From: a virus
Lineage: Duplodnaviria; Caudoviricetes
DNA: 41,927 nucleotides
Direction: 5' to 3' (one strand)
IMG/VR virus record: IMGVR_UViG_3300036864_000252
Coordinates: 1 to 41,927 of that record
The translations under genes were made by a program, and so were the position numbers. How positions within the stretch are numbered: the first letter of the stretch is position 1; every line of letters begins with the position of its first letter. Positions 1 to 10,049 of the stretch are shown in pieces. Below the pieces are notes generated by a model, which worked only from the letters and a program-made list of their open reading frames with translations, had not been told where the DNA came from and did not search any database.

Positions 1-127
1 AGTAGACGTTATTATTGAAACAGAACGGTGAGTACGGCGCACCCATCGGGATAGGCACCTTGTCGTTAACTCCGGCGTTGATGCCATCCCAGGTATACAA
101 ATAACCGTTCTGGTAATTCCGGCTGCT
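1..127. repeat. 127-bp terminal direct repeat (assembly circularity overlap), left copy
   Basis: 1-127 is identical to 41801-41927; 127 is a common assembler k-mer length; an ORF reads in frame through the junction. Confidence 0.95.
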
Positions 128-1348
128 GTTAGTCGAACGTTTCTCGGCCGTGATAACCAGTTTCTGAGTCATCGCCGATAGCCCGGTTACTTCGTAGCCT
201 ACATCTAAAAACAGCATATGCCGTATCCACTGGCCATTATTCGGATTAGCGTCATTGCCAAAGTTATAAACCGACAGGTAATTGGCGTTACCGATACAGA
301 GGTACTGATTAAAAATACACATCGGATGCCAGCCATTTTTAGTCGCTACCAATCGATGCGCAAACAACACGAAGTTAGCTCCGGTCAAGTCGTTAGCTTT
401 TATGGTGGCCACGGCAGCAGTATCACCGACCACGCTTGAAGTCAGATGAAAGTGATACCCGGTTGCGCCATTGGCCGAAGCAATAGCGTTCACGAACGCC
501 CGGACGCCTGGCAACGTAAAAGCGAAGAGGTTCCAGCCAAGCGTAATGGAAGCATGGGCAATCGTGACTGATCCCAGGTTGTTGTTCATACTGTCGTGAG
601 CCGTTAAAGTCCAATTACCGGTTCCAACCACTTTGACAAACACCGCTATTCCATAAAACGGTTCAATATCCGGCACAAAAGCACAGAAGTTACCACTGCT
701 TTCTGGTGGCACTCCACCAGATAAAGCCGGCAAAACATAGGTATTGGTCAAGGTATTGGTGACTTGTGAGGCATAGTTGTCCGGCGTTATACCGGTTGCG
801 GTCAGCGTGTTGAGATTATTCCGCTGAGTCGTTACCCCGCCCACCGTACCGCCGTCATACGAGCTCGTCGTGGTATTAAAAGTATAGATGACTCCCGGGG
901 CTACCGAAGCCGATGGTCCAAAATGCTGCTTTAACAGCTGCGGGTTATTGCCGATCTGGCCGTACAGTGAAACGGCCTGCTGTTCGCTCATATACAGCTG
1001 GCTATTTTGCTGGTTATAGACCGCTCCGGCGGCCCCGGCAGTGTCCAGCCTTCCCAGCTCGCCAATGCTATCACTAGTGTTTATTTTATAGACATACCCC
1101 TGATCACCGACGCCATACCGGTTACCATCGACATCCTGATCCATAGCTAAAATCTTGTCCTTCAAACGATCGGATAGCGTACGCATACCCGGCAGTACCG
1201 TCATCTGCGAGGCTTTCTGACGGAAATCCAGCGCCTGAGAGCTGAAAAACGAACCGGCAATACCATTCTTAAAATCGATGGCCTCACCACCAACGAAGCT
1301 GCTCAGATTGATCTTGGGAAGTTCCCGGTCAGTTGGCTGCTGCGGCAT
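1..1348 (-). CDS. N-terminal part of a ~714-aa tail/virion structural protein (nozzle/tail-tubular-B-like position), continuing at 41800-41004
   Basis: ATG at 1348 (MPQQPTDRELPKINLSSFVGGEAIDFKNG...), open to the window edge and in frame with ORF 41004..41900; absent from the ORF track because it spans the origin; function inferred from position and size. Confidence 0.75.
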   Translation of the reverse strand, partial: MPQQPTDRELPKINLSSFVGGEAIDFKNGIAGSFFSSQALDFRQKASQMTVLPGMRTLSDRLKDKILAMDQDVDGNRYGVGDQGYVYKINTSDSIGELGRLDTAGAAGAVYNQQNSQLYMSEQQAVSLYGQIGNNPQLLKQHFGPSASVAPGVIYTFNTTTSSYDGGTVGGVTTQRNNLNTLTATGITPDNYASQVTNTLTNTYVLPALSGGVPPESSGNFCAFVPDIEPFYGIAVFVKVVGTGNWTLTAHDSMNNNLGSVTIAHASITLGWNLFAFTLPGVRAFVNAIASANGATGYHFHLTSSVVGDTAAVATIKANDLTGANFVLFAHRLVATKNGWHPMCIFNQYLCIGNANYLSVYNFGNDANPNNGQWIRHMLFLDVGYEVTGLSAMTQKLVITAEKRSTNSSRNYQNGYLYTWDGINAGVNDKVPIPMGAPYSPFCFNNNVY

Positions 1349-1349
1349 A

Positions 1350-2258
1350 TTACGATTGGTCCATATTTATCGGCGGCACAAACAGGGGATTGTAGGCCAG
1401 AACATTGTTACGCGGCAGAATAATCTGGGAGCTTTCTTTGTCGCCAAAGGTACCCATATAGCCTTGCTGGGCCATCAGAAAATCATTCTTAAAGTCATTG
1501 GCTTTAGCCGCTGCCCCACGCTGGGTTTTATAGAACCGATAAAAGGCGTAATCCTGGAGCCCCGGGTGATACTCTTCAGGTATATCCGGACAAGAACCAA
1601 TGATTGTGGCCGTACTGGTCTGTGTGGCATTCGGATAAAAGTTCTCAATGGTCATCGTATGGTCATTGGTGTAGCCGACGAGGCTGTACCATTGGCCGTC
1701 ACTACCATTGGTAAAACTGAATTTCATGCCGACCATTGTTGGCAAAAAGCTATTGGTACTGCTCGTAATCGTCGTTGAGCCGTTGGTGACCGTGATACTA
1801 GCTCCTACGGTATCGTCCAGGTACATGTCCTGGAGGCGGCTGTCGTAGGCTACAATCAGCGCTCCGGAGATATCTATGGCCGGCTGCGGCCAGATACCAA
1901 TCTCATTGGGGCCACGCTGAAACCAACGCTGCGGATAGAACACTGCGAACGACGGGATAATATTGAGTGCATTCCACTCATTCTCAGATTCAATGGTTCG
2001 GATCGGAAAAATCAGACTACCGTTGTTAACCCGGACATTGCGTACCCGGATCATATCCGGATTGAAGGTATAAAACTGCTCACCTTGCTTCAAATCAGCT
2101 ACGACTTCTTTACGGGTATAGTACTGACCCACTCCGGATTTCATCAGTTTCAGCGCGTTATTGATATTACGCTTAACAAGGTTAATATTTATCGAATCGG
2201 TCGAAGGAATACCACAGCCCTGGTATGTTTCAGTATAAAGTTGCGTAAATGTCAACAT
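1350..2258 (-). CDS. Putative head-tail adaptor / tail tubular protein A-like
   Basis: 302 aa; N-terminal helix, IGIWPQP and PDIPEEYHPGLQDYAFYR motifs typical of podophage adaptors; lies just upstream of the large tail gene. Confidence 0.6.
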   Translation of the reverse strand: MLTFTQLYTETYQGCGIPSTDSININLVKRNINNALKLMKSGVGQYYTRKEVVADLKQGEQFYTFNPDMIRVRNVRVNNGSLIFPIRTIESENEWNALNIIPSFAVFYPQRWFQRGPNEIGIWPQPAIDISGALIVAYDSRLQDMYLDDTVGASITVTNGSTTITSSTNSFLPTMVGMKFSFTNGSDGQWYSLVGYTNDHTMTIENFYPNATQTSTATIIGSCPDIPEEYHPGLQDYAFYRFYKTQRGAAAKANDFKNDFLMAQQGYMGTFGDKESSQIILPRNNVLAYNPLFVPPINMDQS

Positions 2259-2267
2259 AGTAATCTC

Positions 2268-3311
2268 TCATGAATTGAGTGGAATGACCTGCAAATTAGT
2301 ATGCGTATTATCTATAGAAAAGGTGCCCGCGGTAGTAAGCGCCTGGGCGGTGAAAGTATAGGTACCGACACTCACGCCAGTAAACAAGAAACAGACTGAC
2401 GCACTGCTCCGGTTATTAGCCGTAGCACTTGAGTAAGTCACCTGCACTTCGCCGGCTGTCGGATAGTTCGGGCCAGTCGCACCCATGACTACTTTGACCT
2501 TGACATCGGCACTGGTGGCACTTCCCTGTTGGATATTAACCGAACCAACCACTAGCACCACGCCGGCGTCCACCGTTATGGAGGGTGCTGTCAGGCCGGT
2601 TATAGCAGCGTAACTATTCGTAAGGCTATAGCTGGTTGAGCCGCCGCCGTCATAGTGGATACCCCTGGTTTCTAAAGATAACGCTAGGGCTGGGCTCGTC
2701 ACCGCCCCGGATGCTATTTTTGCAGACGTCACTGCCCCGGACGCTAAAGCCGCCGTGCCCACCACATTAGCGGTCGTTATGACGCTCGAAGCGACCGCGA
2801 TGCCAAAGATGGTACCACTACCAGAAGTGGTAAAACCATTGATAGTATCAGCTGTAATATTGGCATTGGTAATCGTCGGGGCAGTGATTGTCGGTGTCGT
2901 CAACGTCTTGTTGGTCAAGGTTTCGGTGCCGGCCCGTGTCGCAAGTACACCGTTATAGTCTGGTAGCGTAAATATACGAGTCTGACCAGCTGTAATGCTC
3001 GATAGCAAAAATTGAGCCCGTTTGGTACTGCTGGAGGCGTTCTGGAGCGTGAATGACGTGTCTTTCGGTGCATAGACGTTAGTATTATCCAAAGTCTTGT
3101 TAGAGACGCTCTGTGTATCTCCTGTGGCCATTACCTGGGTAGCTACACCCAGCAAATTCTGGATATTGACAGCCACTGTCCCGGCCGCGACACTGGAATA
3201 GATCGGAATAAAATCCGCCGCCGGATCAGCTTGAGTGTTCTGGACGGTCAAGGGGGCCGTAGTAGCCGTAGCTGCTCCTCCAATGGTGTAGCCGGTAGAA
3301 GGCACACTCAT
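2268..3311 (-). CDS. Tail fibre-like protein
   Basis: T/A/S/G-rich with ETLTNKTLTTPTI and AVTSAKIASGAVT fibre-type repeats; start moved to ATG 3311, which overlaps the upstream stop (ATGA). Confidence 0.65.
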   Translation of the reverse strand: MSVPSTGYTIGGAATATTAPLTVQNTQADPAADFIPIYSSVAAGTVAVNIQNLLGVATQVMATGDTQSVSNKTLDNTNVYAPKDTSFTLQNASSSTKRAQFLLSSITAGQTRIFTLPDYNGVLATRAGTETLTNKTLTTPTITAPTITNANITADTINGFTTSGSGTIFGIAVASSVITTANVVGTAALASGAVTSAKIASGAVTSPALALSLETRGIHYDGGGSTSYSLTNSYAAITGLTAPSITVDAGVVLVVGSVNIQQGSATSADVKVKVVMGATGPNYPTAGEVQVTYSSATANNRSSASVCFLFTGVSVGTYTFTAQALTTAGTFSIDNTHTNLQVIPLNS

Positions 3312-3502
3312 CCTGTTTGGCTCCAAACTGTTGGATTTTTAGGTTTGGTAACCGTGGGATTCGTCATAATCGGCAGATGACTGGTAGTGGTGACCAATCT
3401 TACACCGGTGTTCGTGACGATCGGCACGTTCCCGATAAGCACAACCGAACCTTGACCACTTGAGGGGCGCCAGCTGGTGGGAATTTTGATAGGGTCTGGC
3501 AC
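3308..3502 (-). CDS. Small hypothetical virion protein
   Basis: 64 aa; GTG start with AGGAGG RBS; coupled to neighbours. Confidence 0.6.
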   Translation of the reverse strand: MPDPIKIPTSWRPSSGQGSVVLIGNVPIVTNTGVRLVTTTSHLPIMTNPTVTKPKNPTVWSQTG

Positions 3503-3512
3503 GACGATCCTC

Positions 3513-3902
3513 CTATACGTTTAAGAACATGAACGACACCACCGCCGCCGAAGCATCGGCCCGTAAGAATATCTGACCGGTTGCGTCATTAAGATTAAAC
3601 CCAGGCGTCATACACGGGACAGTAAGCAGTGTATTGGCCGGAATCACAAAGTACGGCTCACTGGCCGGACTTGATTCACTGACCCGAAGTGCTGTCGATG
3701 AAATCAGCACTAACTGTACGGCGGCCGCCGGAACTGTAAGCACCGTATCAGCATTGTTTGCGACGTCTACCGGTGAAGTGATTGGCGTACCGGTTGCATC
3801 GGTGGTCATAAAATAGTTTTGCCAGCTATTCATGACCTGGTGATTAGGAGCTTGTGGGAAGGGGCCAAAGGCAGTAGAACGCTGTAAATTTTTTGAGGCC
3901 AT
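3513..3902 (-). CDS. Hypothetical beta-rich virion protein
   Basis: 129 aa; AAGGAAAG RBS; first gene behind conserved leader copy 1. Confidence 0.65.
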   Translation of the reverse strand: MASKNLQRSTAFGPFPQAPNHQVMNSWQNYFMTTDATGTPITSPVDVANNADTVLTVPAAAVQLVLISSTALRVSESSPASEPYFVIPANTLLTVPCMTPGFNLNDATGQIFLRADASAAVVSFMFLNV

Positions 3903-3910
3903 AGACTTTC

Positions 3911-3991
3911 CTTATATAAAAAGTCCCCATCAGATGAGGACTACTAGTTGTGTCTAGTTTTTAGTATAACCACTGTACCTATGAATGTCTA
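3911..3991 (-). promoter_or_regulatory. Conserved leader copy 1: promoter, TAGACAC box, hairpin and U-tract
   Basis: TAGACA-17bp-TATACT, 6 nt, TAGACAC (3956-3950), AGTCCTCAT/ATGGGGACT hairpin (3942-3922), TTTTATATAAG. Confidence 0.75.
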
Positions 3992-4189
3992 CGTATCCTT
4001 CCTGGACTTGGTGGACTTACCAGGAATCGCCGTGTCCTCATCTGGCTTATCCCGCATAAGACTTTCGTACTTAGCCACCAAAAGATCAACTGCAGTTTTC
4101 AGATCATCGACAGCTGCCGCAGCAGCCCGATGGGCCTTTTCGACATCTTCACGAAAAACATTGAGATGTGTTTGGTGAGTTTCAGACAT
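3989..4189 (-). CDS. Small helical hypothetical protein
   Basis: 66 aa; overlaps upstream ORF stop; GGAG RBS. Confidence 0.6.
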   Translation of the reverse strand: MSETHQTHLNVFREDVEKAHRAAAAAVDDLKTAVDLLVAKYESLMRDKPDEDTAIPGKSTKSRKDT

Positions 4190-4442
4190 TGAGTTTCTCC
4201 TTCTTTGGTTTAGATCGATCTTCTAACGGTGGGATAATAGGTGGAGCAACATGATTGGGACCTCCGGAATCATCAACCCATTCATTTAAAAGTTTACCAT
4301 ACGTCCTAAAATCTCCACGAGTCCGCTCCAACTCTATTTCTATCTGATTGGCTTGAGACCGCACCGTTTCCAATTGATCGTAAAGCTCTCGACATTTGTT
4401 TTCAGCTTCATCGCGCAGCTCAACTAGCTTCTCTTTTTCCAT
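4182..4442 (-). CDS. Coiled-coil hypothetical protein, probably leaderless
   Basis: 86 aa with heptad pattern; TGC-TAAAAT ends 6 nt before the ATG. Confidence 0.65.
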   Translation of the reverse strand: MEKEKLVELRDEAENKCRELYDQLETVRSQANQIEIELERTRGDFRTYGKLLNEWVDDSGGPNHVAPPIIPPLEDRSKPKKEKLNV

Positions 4443-4463
4443 GACACTATTTTAGCATACTAC

Positions 4464-5381
4464 TTACTGATAGTAATTTATCCAAACATCCACCGTTGCT
4501 GCGACTGCTCCGGCAGTTACAATATCTATGCCGCTGGTCATTTTTACCGGGGTAGCAAAACTTACAATCGTTGGCGTAGTGGTCAGGGTCGTAGTAGAAA
4601 AACCATTTATGAGCTTTAGAGGTGTACCTTGCTTGTCCTGGATAGTAAGTGTACTGGTTGTGCCGGCCACTTCTGAGCTAATAGCAATCGCAGATACATA
4701 GCCCGTCGAAGACGTCGGAGTTGTAGTGGTATTGGTCGTAATATGGACTGAATATGTGTTGAGAGCTGTGCCAGATGGTACAAAACCACCCTTTATATTC
4801 ACCCAAGAGCCAGCAGTCGCATCACCTCTTTGACGATCATAAGTTGAACCGTTGTAGAGTAAGGCATTATTTACCAAAAGACCTGTAGCAGGAGAAGCGT
4901 CACCAAGATCACCTCGGACTTTCTCCCAACTGGCACCGTTATAGACATAAGCCCCGAAAGCCGCCAGTCCTATGCCGGAAATGGTATCAGCTGCACCTTG
5001 TACAGATACCGCACGATCCCAGGTTGTGCCATTGAATACTGAACCTCGACTCATAATCTCCAGATGAGAAGAAATACTTGAGGCCGCAATACCATCAGCA
5101 TTGGTAACTGCCATGGCAACAGCTGTAGCACTGTCATTCACAAAGAGAGCCACCTTGCCGGCACCACGAGTTGTAATCTCCAGATCGCCACGTTGCCCAG
5201 TGGTATAGGTTGGCATTGTAGAATTGTATTTGCCACCAATCTTCACCGGATTACCGGAATCAGTAGCTGCAGCGGCCACATTTCCCCCTATAGGCAAAGT
5301 ACTCTGGTCACTGGCAATAACTACCGGGCCGGAGTTTGCCATAGTGGCTTGACCATTCACATTCTGAGGATTGTACGACAT
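4464..5381 (-). CDS. Virion fibre/decoration protein with internal repeats
   Basis: 305 aa; three repeats VFNGTTWDR / VYNGASWEKVRGD / LYNGSTYDRQRGD; AAGGAG RBS. Confidence 0.65.
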   Translation of the reverse strand: MSYNPQNVNGQATMANSGPVVIASDQSTLPIGGNVAAAATDSGNPVKIGGKYNSTMPTYTTGQRGDLEITTRGAGKVALFVNDSATAVAMAVTNADGIAASSISSHLEIMSRGSVFNGTTWDRAVSVQGAADTISGIGLAAFGAYVYNGASWEKVRGDLGDASPATGLLVNNALLYNGSTYDRQRGDATAGSWVNIKGGFVPSGTALNTYSVHITTNTTTTPTSSTGYVSAIAISSEVAGTTSTLTIQDKQGTPLKLINGFSTTTLTTTPTIVSFATPVKMTSGIDIVTAGAVAATVDVWINYYQ

Positions 5382-5397
5382 AGTATTGATACTCCTT

Positions 5398-7965
5398 CTA
5401 GGTTATTATCCAGTTACTGCCATCAGGTACAACCTCAAGCGCCTGGTTTGGAATAATTGTGCCGGTCGTCGAGCCGTCAACTGTTTGCGAGGACGTCGTG
5501 GCGAAACTGACGTTCCCAGCACTGGTGTTCTTTATAGTATAGCGCTTTATCTTGGCCGTAGTGGCATCATGAAGTGTTACGATCTTACCGGAAACACTGA
5601 CTTCAACAATGTCGTTGGTGTCGCTTGTAGCGTAGTTTACCGAGGTAGCGACCAGCGATAAGACATTGGCGCCCTGCCAAGTCGGCAGTGTGGTGCTCCC
5701 GTTACTGGTCAAGACTTGGCCGGCTGAACCAAGGTTACCTATCCGGCTGAACACTGAACCCATTTCACGCCAGTTCGATCCATCCCATGAGAGCATAAAC
5801 TGGTTGACGGCATTCGCAGCAGTTGAGAAAACCAACGAAGAACCATTGGCTGGCTTGACATTCACCGGCGTGGTCATAGTCCAGCCGCCAGTAGCATCCT
5901 GGGTCAGTATTAAGGTGATCGTCATGCCCTTGACAACACCGGAAGGTATGGTGGTGGTGACATTTCCGGTCACCGTGCCGATAAAATAGTTGCCGGTGGT
6001 GCTATCGAAAGTCGTCGCACCGGTGATATTCCCGAGATCAACCTTACCCACCGGATTCACGCCACCGTTGTTTGTGACATAAATCGTGTTGCCGGTATTC
6101 TGAATCAACATCGGCGCAGTAGCATTACCGGTAAGATTGTTGTCTGTCACCGAGACATTCGTTAGCGTGCCACCGCTAGACAACAAGACTCCGTAACGCT
6201 GGGTCTTGACCACCTGATCATCAAAGGCACGGTTGCCAATGATCGTCAGATTGGAAATAGGGGCCGTAGACGCCGGCTCTACGGCAATGCCATCATAGGT
6301 GCCTGCCAGGCCGTTATTGTAAATATGGTTGATAGAGAGGGTCAGGTTGTCCAGAGGCGCGTAAGTGCCACTTCCAGTGGCTACAGTTATGCCATCGCGG
6401 CCACAACCGTAAATATGGTTATCGTCTACGGTACCGTAACCGGTGTTGAGAGATATACCGTAGTTCGCCGAATTCTTTACGGTATTGCCGGAGATGTTGT
6501 ACTTCTCCGCCCGCGCGATCATACGAACACCGTAAAGAACACTATTTGAGAATATATTATTCTCTATAAGCGTATCATCGGTATTGTGAGCTATCCGCGT
6601 GGCCGTCCCAAAGACCGTTGCCGCGCCCGGGTTCGAAGCGATTGCTATGGTGAACTGGGAATTAGAGACAACGGTCTCAATCCGGTAGTAGCCGTTATAG
6701 CCGCTCGGTGTCATGCCAGCGATCTCTATGAAGTCTCCGGCTACAATATTCGTCGTGTAAGCCGAGGACAGGGTCACGGTGACAATACCAGCCGACCAGG
6801 TAGCACTTGAGATGGTCCTGATCTGCGTGACTGGACTAACCTGGACTCCAAAGATAGAACCGTAATCGTAGTTATTCAAGAACTGCGTATTGCGAGAACC
6901 GGTATTCCGAAAACCACACTGCCCAGCTGTTGAGGAATAGTTATTAGCAAAAATGTACGACGCATTGAGATCAGTTCCCGTGGCGTCCGCTTCAATCAGG
7001 TAGTTGTTGTTTTGGCTGCCAATAACAACATTATTGGTAACAATAGACGCTTCATGGGTGTTTGAACCGGAAGCTATGCCAATGCCGTTATGTCCGATGA
7101 GCGAGTCAGAAGAGATACCAAACGTTGTGGCTGCTCCGGGATCAGTGTTTAAAAATATAGTGTCCGTTACGACAAAGGTCGTAGTCGTCGGGACTGAGCT
7201 AATGGTACGGCGCCCATTGTAGCGCACCGGCGCCATGCCAGTTATAACCACTACGTCGTTCACCGAATAGCCATGCGCAGCAGAAGTCGTGAAAGTGATC
7301 TGGTTACTGGCCCATACCGCATTGGTGAGCGTCTTCTTATTCATGTAGCCGCAATTGACTACCAGACACTCAGTAAGTGTAGAGCCATAGAAGTCATCGG
7401 GCCCCAGGCCGGTTGCCGTGGTATCATGCGCATAAATGCGCATAATTTTACAGTTATTCAGACTGTCGCTATTGAGACCCTTTAACTCCTTGGTTTGGTC
7501 CATGCCGGTACCATCAAGCTCCAGGTCAGAAATGATGCCATCAACATAGGGAGTGGCCGTGTCGTACTCGGTGATGTTATCAAGCATCCCCCGCGTTAAA
7601 GCACTCGTGGCGTGAATCCGGGTTGAAAACATGCCCTGACCTTTTAGCCATACATGATCTCTTGGAATAACCCGGGCGCCTATATAAAAGTCACCTTCCA
7701 GCAAGTCTACAGCTACCGCATAGCCGGACATCGTATAAAGAGTTTTGGCAGCATTGATTGCTGCATTTATCTCTACTTCGTTATTCGTGTTGTTGGCGCA
7801 GATATAGTCAGCCGGGTAGGGGCTGCCAAAAGGAGCCACCAAGAAACGATGCGTTCGCTTAACCAGCGGTAAGCCAGCTGTGCCGCCCAAGTCACCAGCT
7901 AGCTTTATTTTACCGAGCAAGGTGCTCGAAGCATTCGGCGTATAGGAATTACTTGGCAGTAGCAT
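5398..7965 (-). CDS. Tailspike / receptor-binding protein with right-handed parallel beta-helix (pectin-lyase-like fold)
   Basis: 855 aa; EINAAINAA..V.LLEGDFYI start of beta-helix, Asn-ladder repeats (GNTVKNSANYGI, NHIYNNG, GNRAFD), C-terminal LTQDATGG fibre module. Confidence 0.8.
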   Translation of the reverse strand: MLLPSNSYTPNASSTLLGKIKLAGDLGGTAGLPLVKRTHRFLVAPFGSPYPADYICANNTNNEVEINAAINAAKTLYTMSGYAVAVDLLEGDFYIGARVIPRDHVWLKGQGMFSTRIHATSALTRGMLDNITEYDTATPYVDGIISDLELDGTGMDQTKELKGLNSDSLNNCKIMRIYAHDTTATGLGPDDFYGSTLTECLVVNCGYMNKKTLTNAVWASNQITFTTSAAHGYSVNDVVVITGMAPVRYNGRRTISSVPTTTTFVVTDTIFLNTDPGAATTFGISSDSLIGHNGIGIASGSNTHEASIVTNNVVIGSQNNNYLIEADATGTDLNASYIFANNYSSTAGQCGFRNTGSRNTQFLNNYDYGSIFGVQVSPVTQIRTISSATWSAGIVTVTLSSAYTTNIVAGDFIEIAGMTPSGYNGYYRIETVVSNSQFTIAIASNPGAATVFGTATRIAHNTDDTLIENNIFSNSVLYGVRMIARAEKYNISGNTVKNSANYGISLNTGYGTVDDNHIYGCGRDGITVATGSGTYAPLDNLTLSINHIYNNGLAGTYDGIAVEPASTAPISNLTIIGNRAFDDQVVKTQRYGVLLSSGGTLTNVSVTDNNLTGNATAPMLIQNTGNTIYVTNNGGVNPVGKVDLGNITGATTFDSTTGNYFIGTVTGNVTTTIPSGVVKGMTITLILTQDATGGWTMTTPVNVKPANGSSLVFSTAANAVNQFMLSWDGSNWREMGSVFSRIGNLGSAGQVLTSNGSTTLPTWQGANVLSLVATSVNYATSDTNDIVEVSVSGKIVTLHDATTAKIKRYTIKNTSAGNVSFATTSSQTVDGSTTGTIIPNQALEVVPDGSNWIIT

Positions 7966-7967
7966 CG

Positions 7968-8405
7968 TTAGTTACCTTCGTAGCTTATGATGTCTGTCGT
8001 AGAGGCCGCGCTTATCATATAGAGCAAGTTAATATTATTAACCATATAACCGCGGCTTTCGCCGGGCTCCAGAATATCACCCGTGCTCGTCGTAACGCCA
8101 GTCAGGCCTATATAGATAGTTGCCGAGTTTGTGGACAGAGATTTTATAATAACCCCATTAGAAAGCGTCTTGGAGGTAGTGCTGATCTGTATCTGGGACG
8201 TGCTGACCGTTCGCTGACCAACATGCAGCGTGGAGCTGGTCCCGCCCCCGCCGCCCCCTCCACCACCTGAATTATTGGTCTGAACTTCACCATTAGTCGG
8301 ATCAACAGCGACCGGTACCGGTGTCCTTGCATCAACCGACGACAGACCGGTCAGCAGTGGAACCCGATTTACTCCGAAAGGCTGTTCATCAGTTGGCCAG
8401 GGCAT
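7968..8405 (-). CDS. Virion structural protein with Gly linker
   Basis: 145 aa; poly-Gly linker then a small beta-sandwich (N.ATIYIG..GVT..TGDILEPGES). Confidence 0.6.
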   Translation of the reverse strand: MPWPTDEQPFGVNRVPLLTGLSSVDARTPVPVAVDPTNGEVQTNNSGGGGGGGGGTSSTLHVGQRTVSTSQIQISTTSKTLSNGVIIKSLSTNSATIYIGLTGVTTSTGDILEPGESRGYMVNNINLLYMISAASTTDIISYEGN

Positions 8406-8418
8406 GTCTACCCCCTGG

Positions 8419-9276
8419 CTACGCCGCCGTTGTTAGATTTGTCCAGGTAGTACCCGCTGTACCGGCCCCTGACTTGTTTACATAAATACGCGTAGTGGTC
8501 GTAGTCGCGTTGGAATCAGTATAAACCGAGCCATTCATGGCACTGAATGTCGGCGCACCAGTACCGGTATAGTACCCAACGTTGAGGCTACCGAATCGAA
8601 TACCGGATGAAACCTTGCCGCCGGCTGCTGCTACAACTGCCGGGTTAAAGGTGATCGTACCAGCACCTTTAGCTTCAATTGTCAGACTCTCATCTGTACC
8701 AGAACTCTGCGTGGTAACAGCTACCCCGGAACCAGCAGCTGCCCCGGCTATAAGTAGACCGGTCGCAGCGTTGGAAGCAGAAGCATCAACCTTCAAAACA
8801 GGATTAGTAAGACCATTCGGGCCGACATTAATAGCTGCCGCACTGTTGCTGGTAATGCTTAAACGGCTACCGATAGCTACAGCGCCGGTAGATGCAACTG
8901 CACTATTCAGGCTGATACTACCGGAACCTTTCGCATCAATTGTCAAGCTTTCGTTAGTACCGGAACTGGTAACCGTTAGTGCCAAACCACCCGCAGCGGC
9001 CGCACTCTTAACATTCAGTCCGGTGGCCGCCGAAGCGGTCGAGGTATCAACATTGAACGATGGGTTGGTAGTGCCAGCTGGCCCCACTGCAAGAGCGTTA
9101 GAACTAGCTACTGTGATTACCTCGGAGGTAGCCGACTCAGCAGCAGAGGTAAATGTTCCCTGTACTGTCACATTGCCTGTGAATACCCAGTTTTTGCCTG
9201 TGGTTACTGATCCGCTTGCTGGCACTTGCTTAAGTCCAGAGATACCACCGGGTCCTTCTAGGCTAAAATTATTCAA
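8419..9276 (-). CDS. Head fibre/decoration-like protein with internal duplication
   Basis: 285 aa; two copies of A..VGP.G.TNP..VD.S...AATGL....AAA..G.A.T..SSGT.ESLTI.AKG.G. Confidence 0.65.
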   Translation of the reverse strand: MNNFSLEGPGGISGLKQVPASGSVTTGKNWVFTGNVTVQGTFTSAAESATSEVITVASSNALAVGPAGTTNPSFNVDTSTASAATGLNVKSAAAAGGLALTVTSSGTNESLTIDAKGSGSISLNSAVASTGAVAIGSRLSITSNSAAAINVGPNGLTNPVLKVDASASNAATGLLIAGAAAGSGVAVTTQSSGTDESLTIEAKGAGTITFNPAVVAAAGGKVSSGIRFGSLNVGYYTGTGAPTFSAMNGSVYTDSNATTTTTRIYVNKSGAGTAGTTWTNLTTAA

Positions 9277-9288
9277 GTAGGTATCCTC

Positions 9289-10029
9289 CTAGTTAATTTG
9301 CAAGTAGACGCTTGCCAGGCTTGAGGCTGCAGACTCTTTAGCGATTGCGATTTGTGGTAAGTTCGATCCAGTGTTGGCAAAGTAGCCAGCTGTTCCGGAT
9401 GTATCCTGGACGAGCGGAAAGCCTTTGGTGGCACTGGTCGCAAAAGCAAAGCCCGGGCCGCTAATCTGTACCCACCCAAAGTACGTAACTGAGGAGCTAT
9501 TAGCTACCGGCATAATAGTCACCCCGATTGGTAACGCTTGTGTGGTCGATGCTACTGGCAGGTAGGAACCTGCCTGACGCAGGTTTACGGTGTTAGTACC
9601 GTTGGCCAGCGCTGTGGTATTGCGTAGCGGTTCAATAAGCTGAACGGTTATCGTGCCGCTGCCGCTATCGGCAGTATTGCCGGAAATCGTGTAGTTACTA
9701 TTACCATTGGTGCCAAGTACTTCAAGTTCACCATCAGCGAACTGATCCTGGGTGACGGCTGTCACCCCATTGGTAACTAAAATCTGCCTCGATCCAGCTG
9801 AAAGCTGAGCAGTCGAGTTGGTAGTTGGTAGTGCTAGGCCAGTTGAATTTGACGGTGCTGCGGCGGATACCAGCAATTTGCCGGCAGTGATAGCCGATGT
9901 CCCGCCGAATTTTACGTATCTAAAACCTTTCTTACCCTGGACAGTCGGCAGATAAAAGACTGTACCCAGTGGTGCCAACTGCGTGGTTGAGAGGCTATAG
10001 ATGTCTTGTTCGGTTAGTTGCGGTAACAT
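9289..10029 (-). CDS. Putative minor capsid / cement protein
   Basis: 246 aa directly after the MCP; FRYVK and YFGWVQISG motifs seen in capsid-associated proteins. Confidence 0.55.
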   Translation of the reverse strand: MLPQLTEQDIYSLSTTQLAPLGTVFYLPTVQGKKGFRYVKFGGTSAITAGKLLVSAAAPSNSTGLALPTTNSTAQLSAGSRQILVTNGVTAVTQDQFADGELEVLGTNGNSNYTISGNTADSGSGTITVQLIEPLRNTTALANGTNTVNLRQAGSYLPVASTTQALPIGVTIMPVANSSSVTYFGWVQISGPGFAFATSATKGFPLVQDTSGTAGYFANTGSNLPQIAIAKESAASSLASVYLQIN

Positions 10030-10049
10030 AGCGTATTTCTCCCCCTACC

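Noticed and set aside
8582-9280. Long antisense ORFs (also 15814-16626, 18048-18545, 18575-19144, 31232-31834)
   Set aside because: Shadow frames of well-supported genes, with no RBS or motifs
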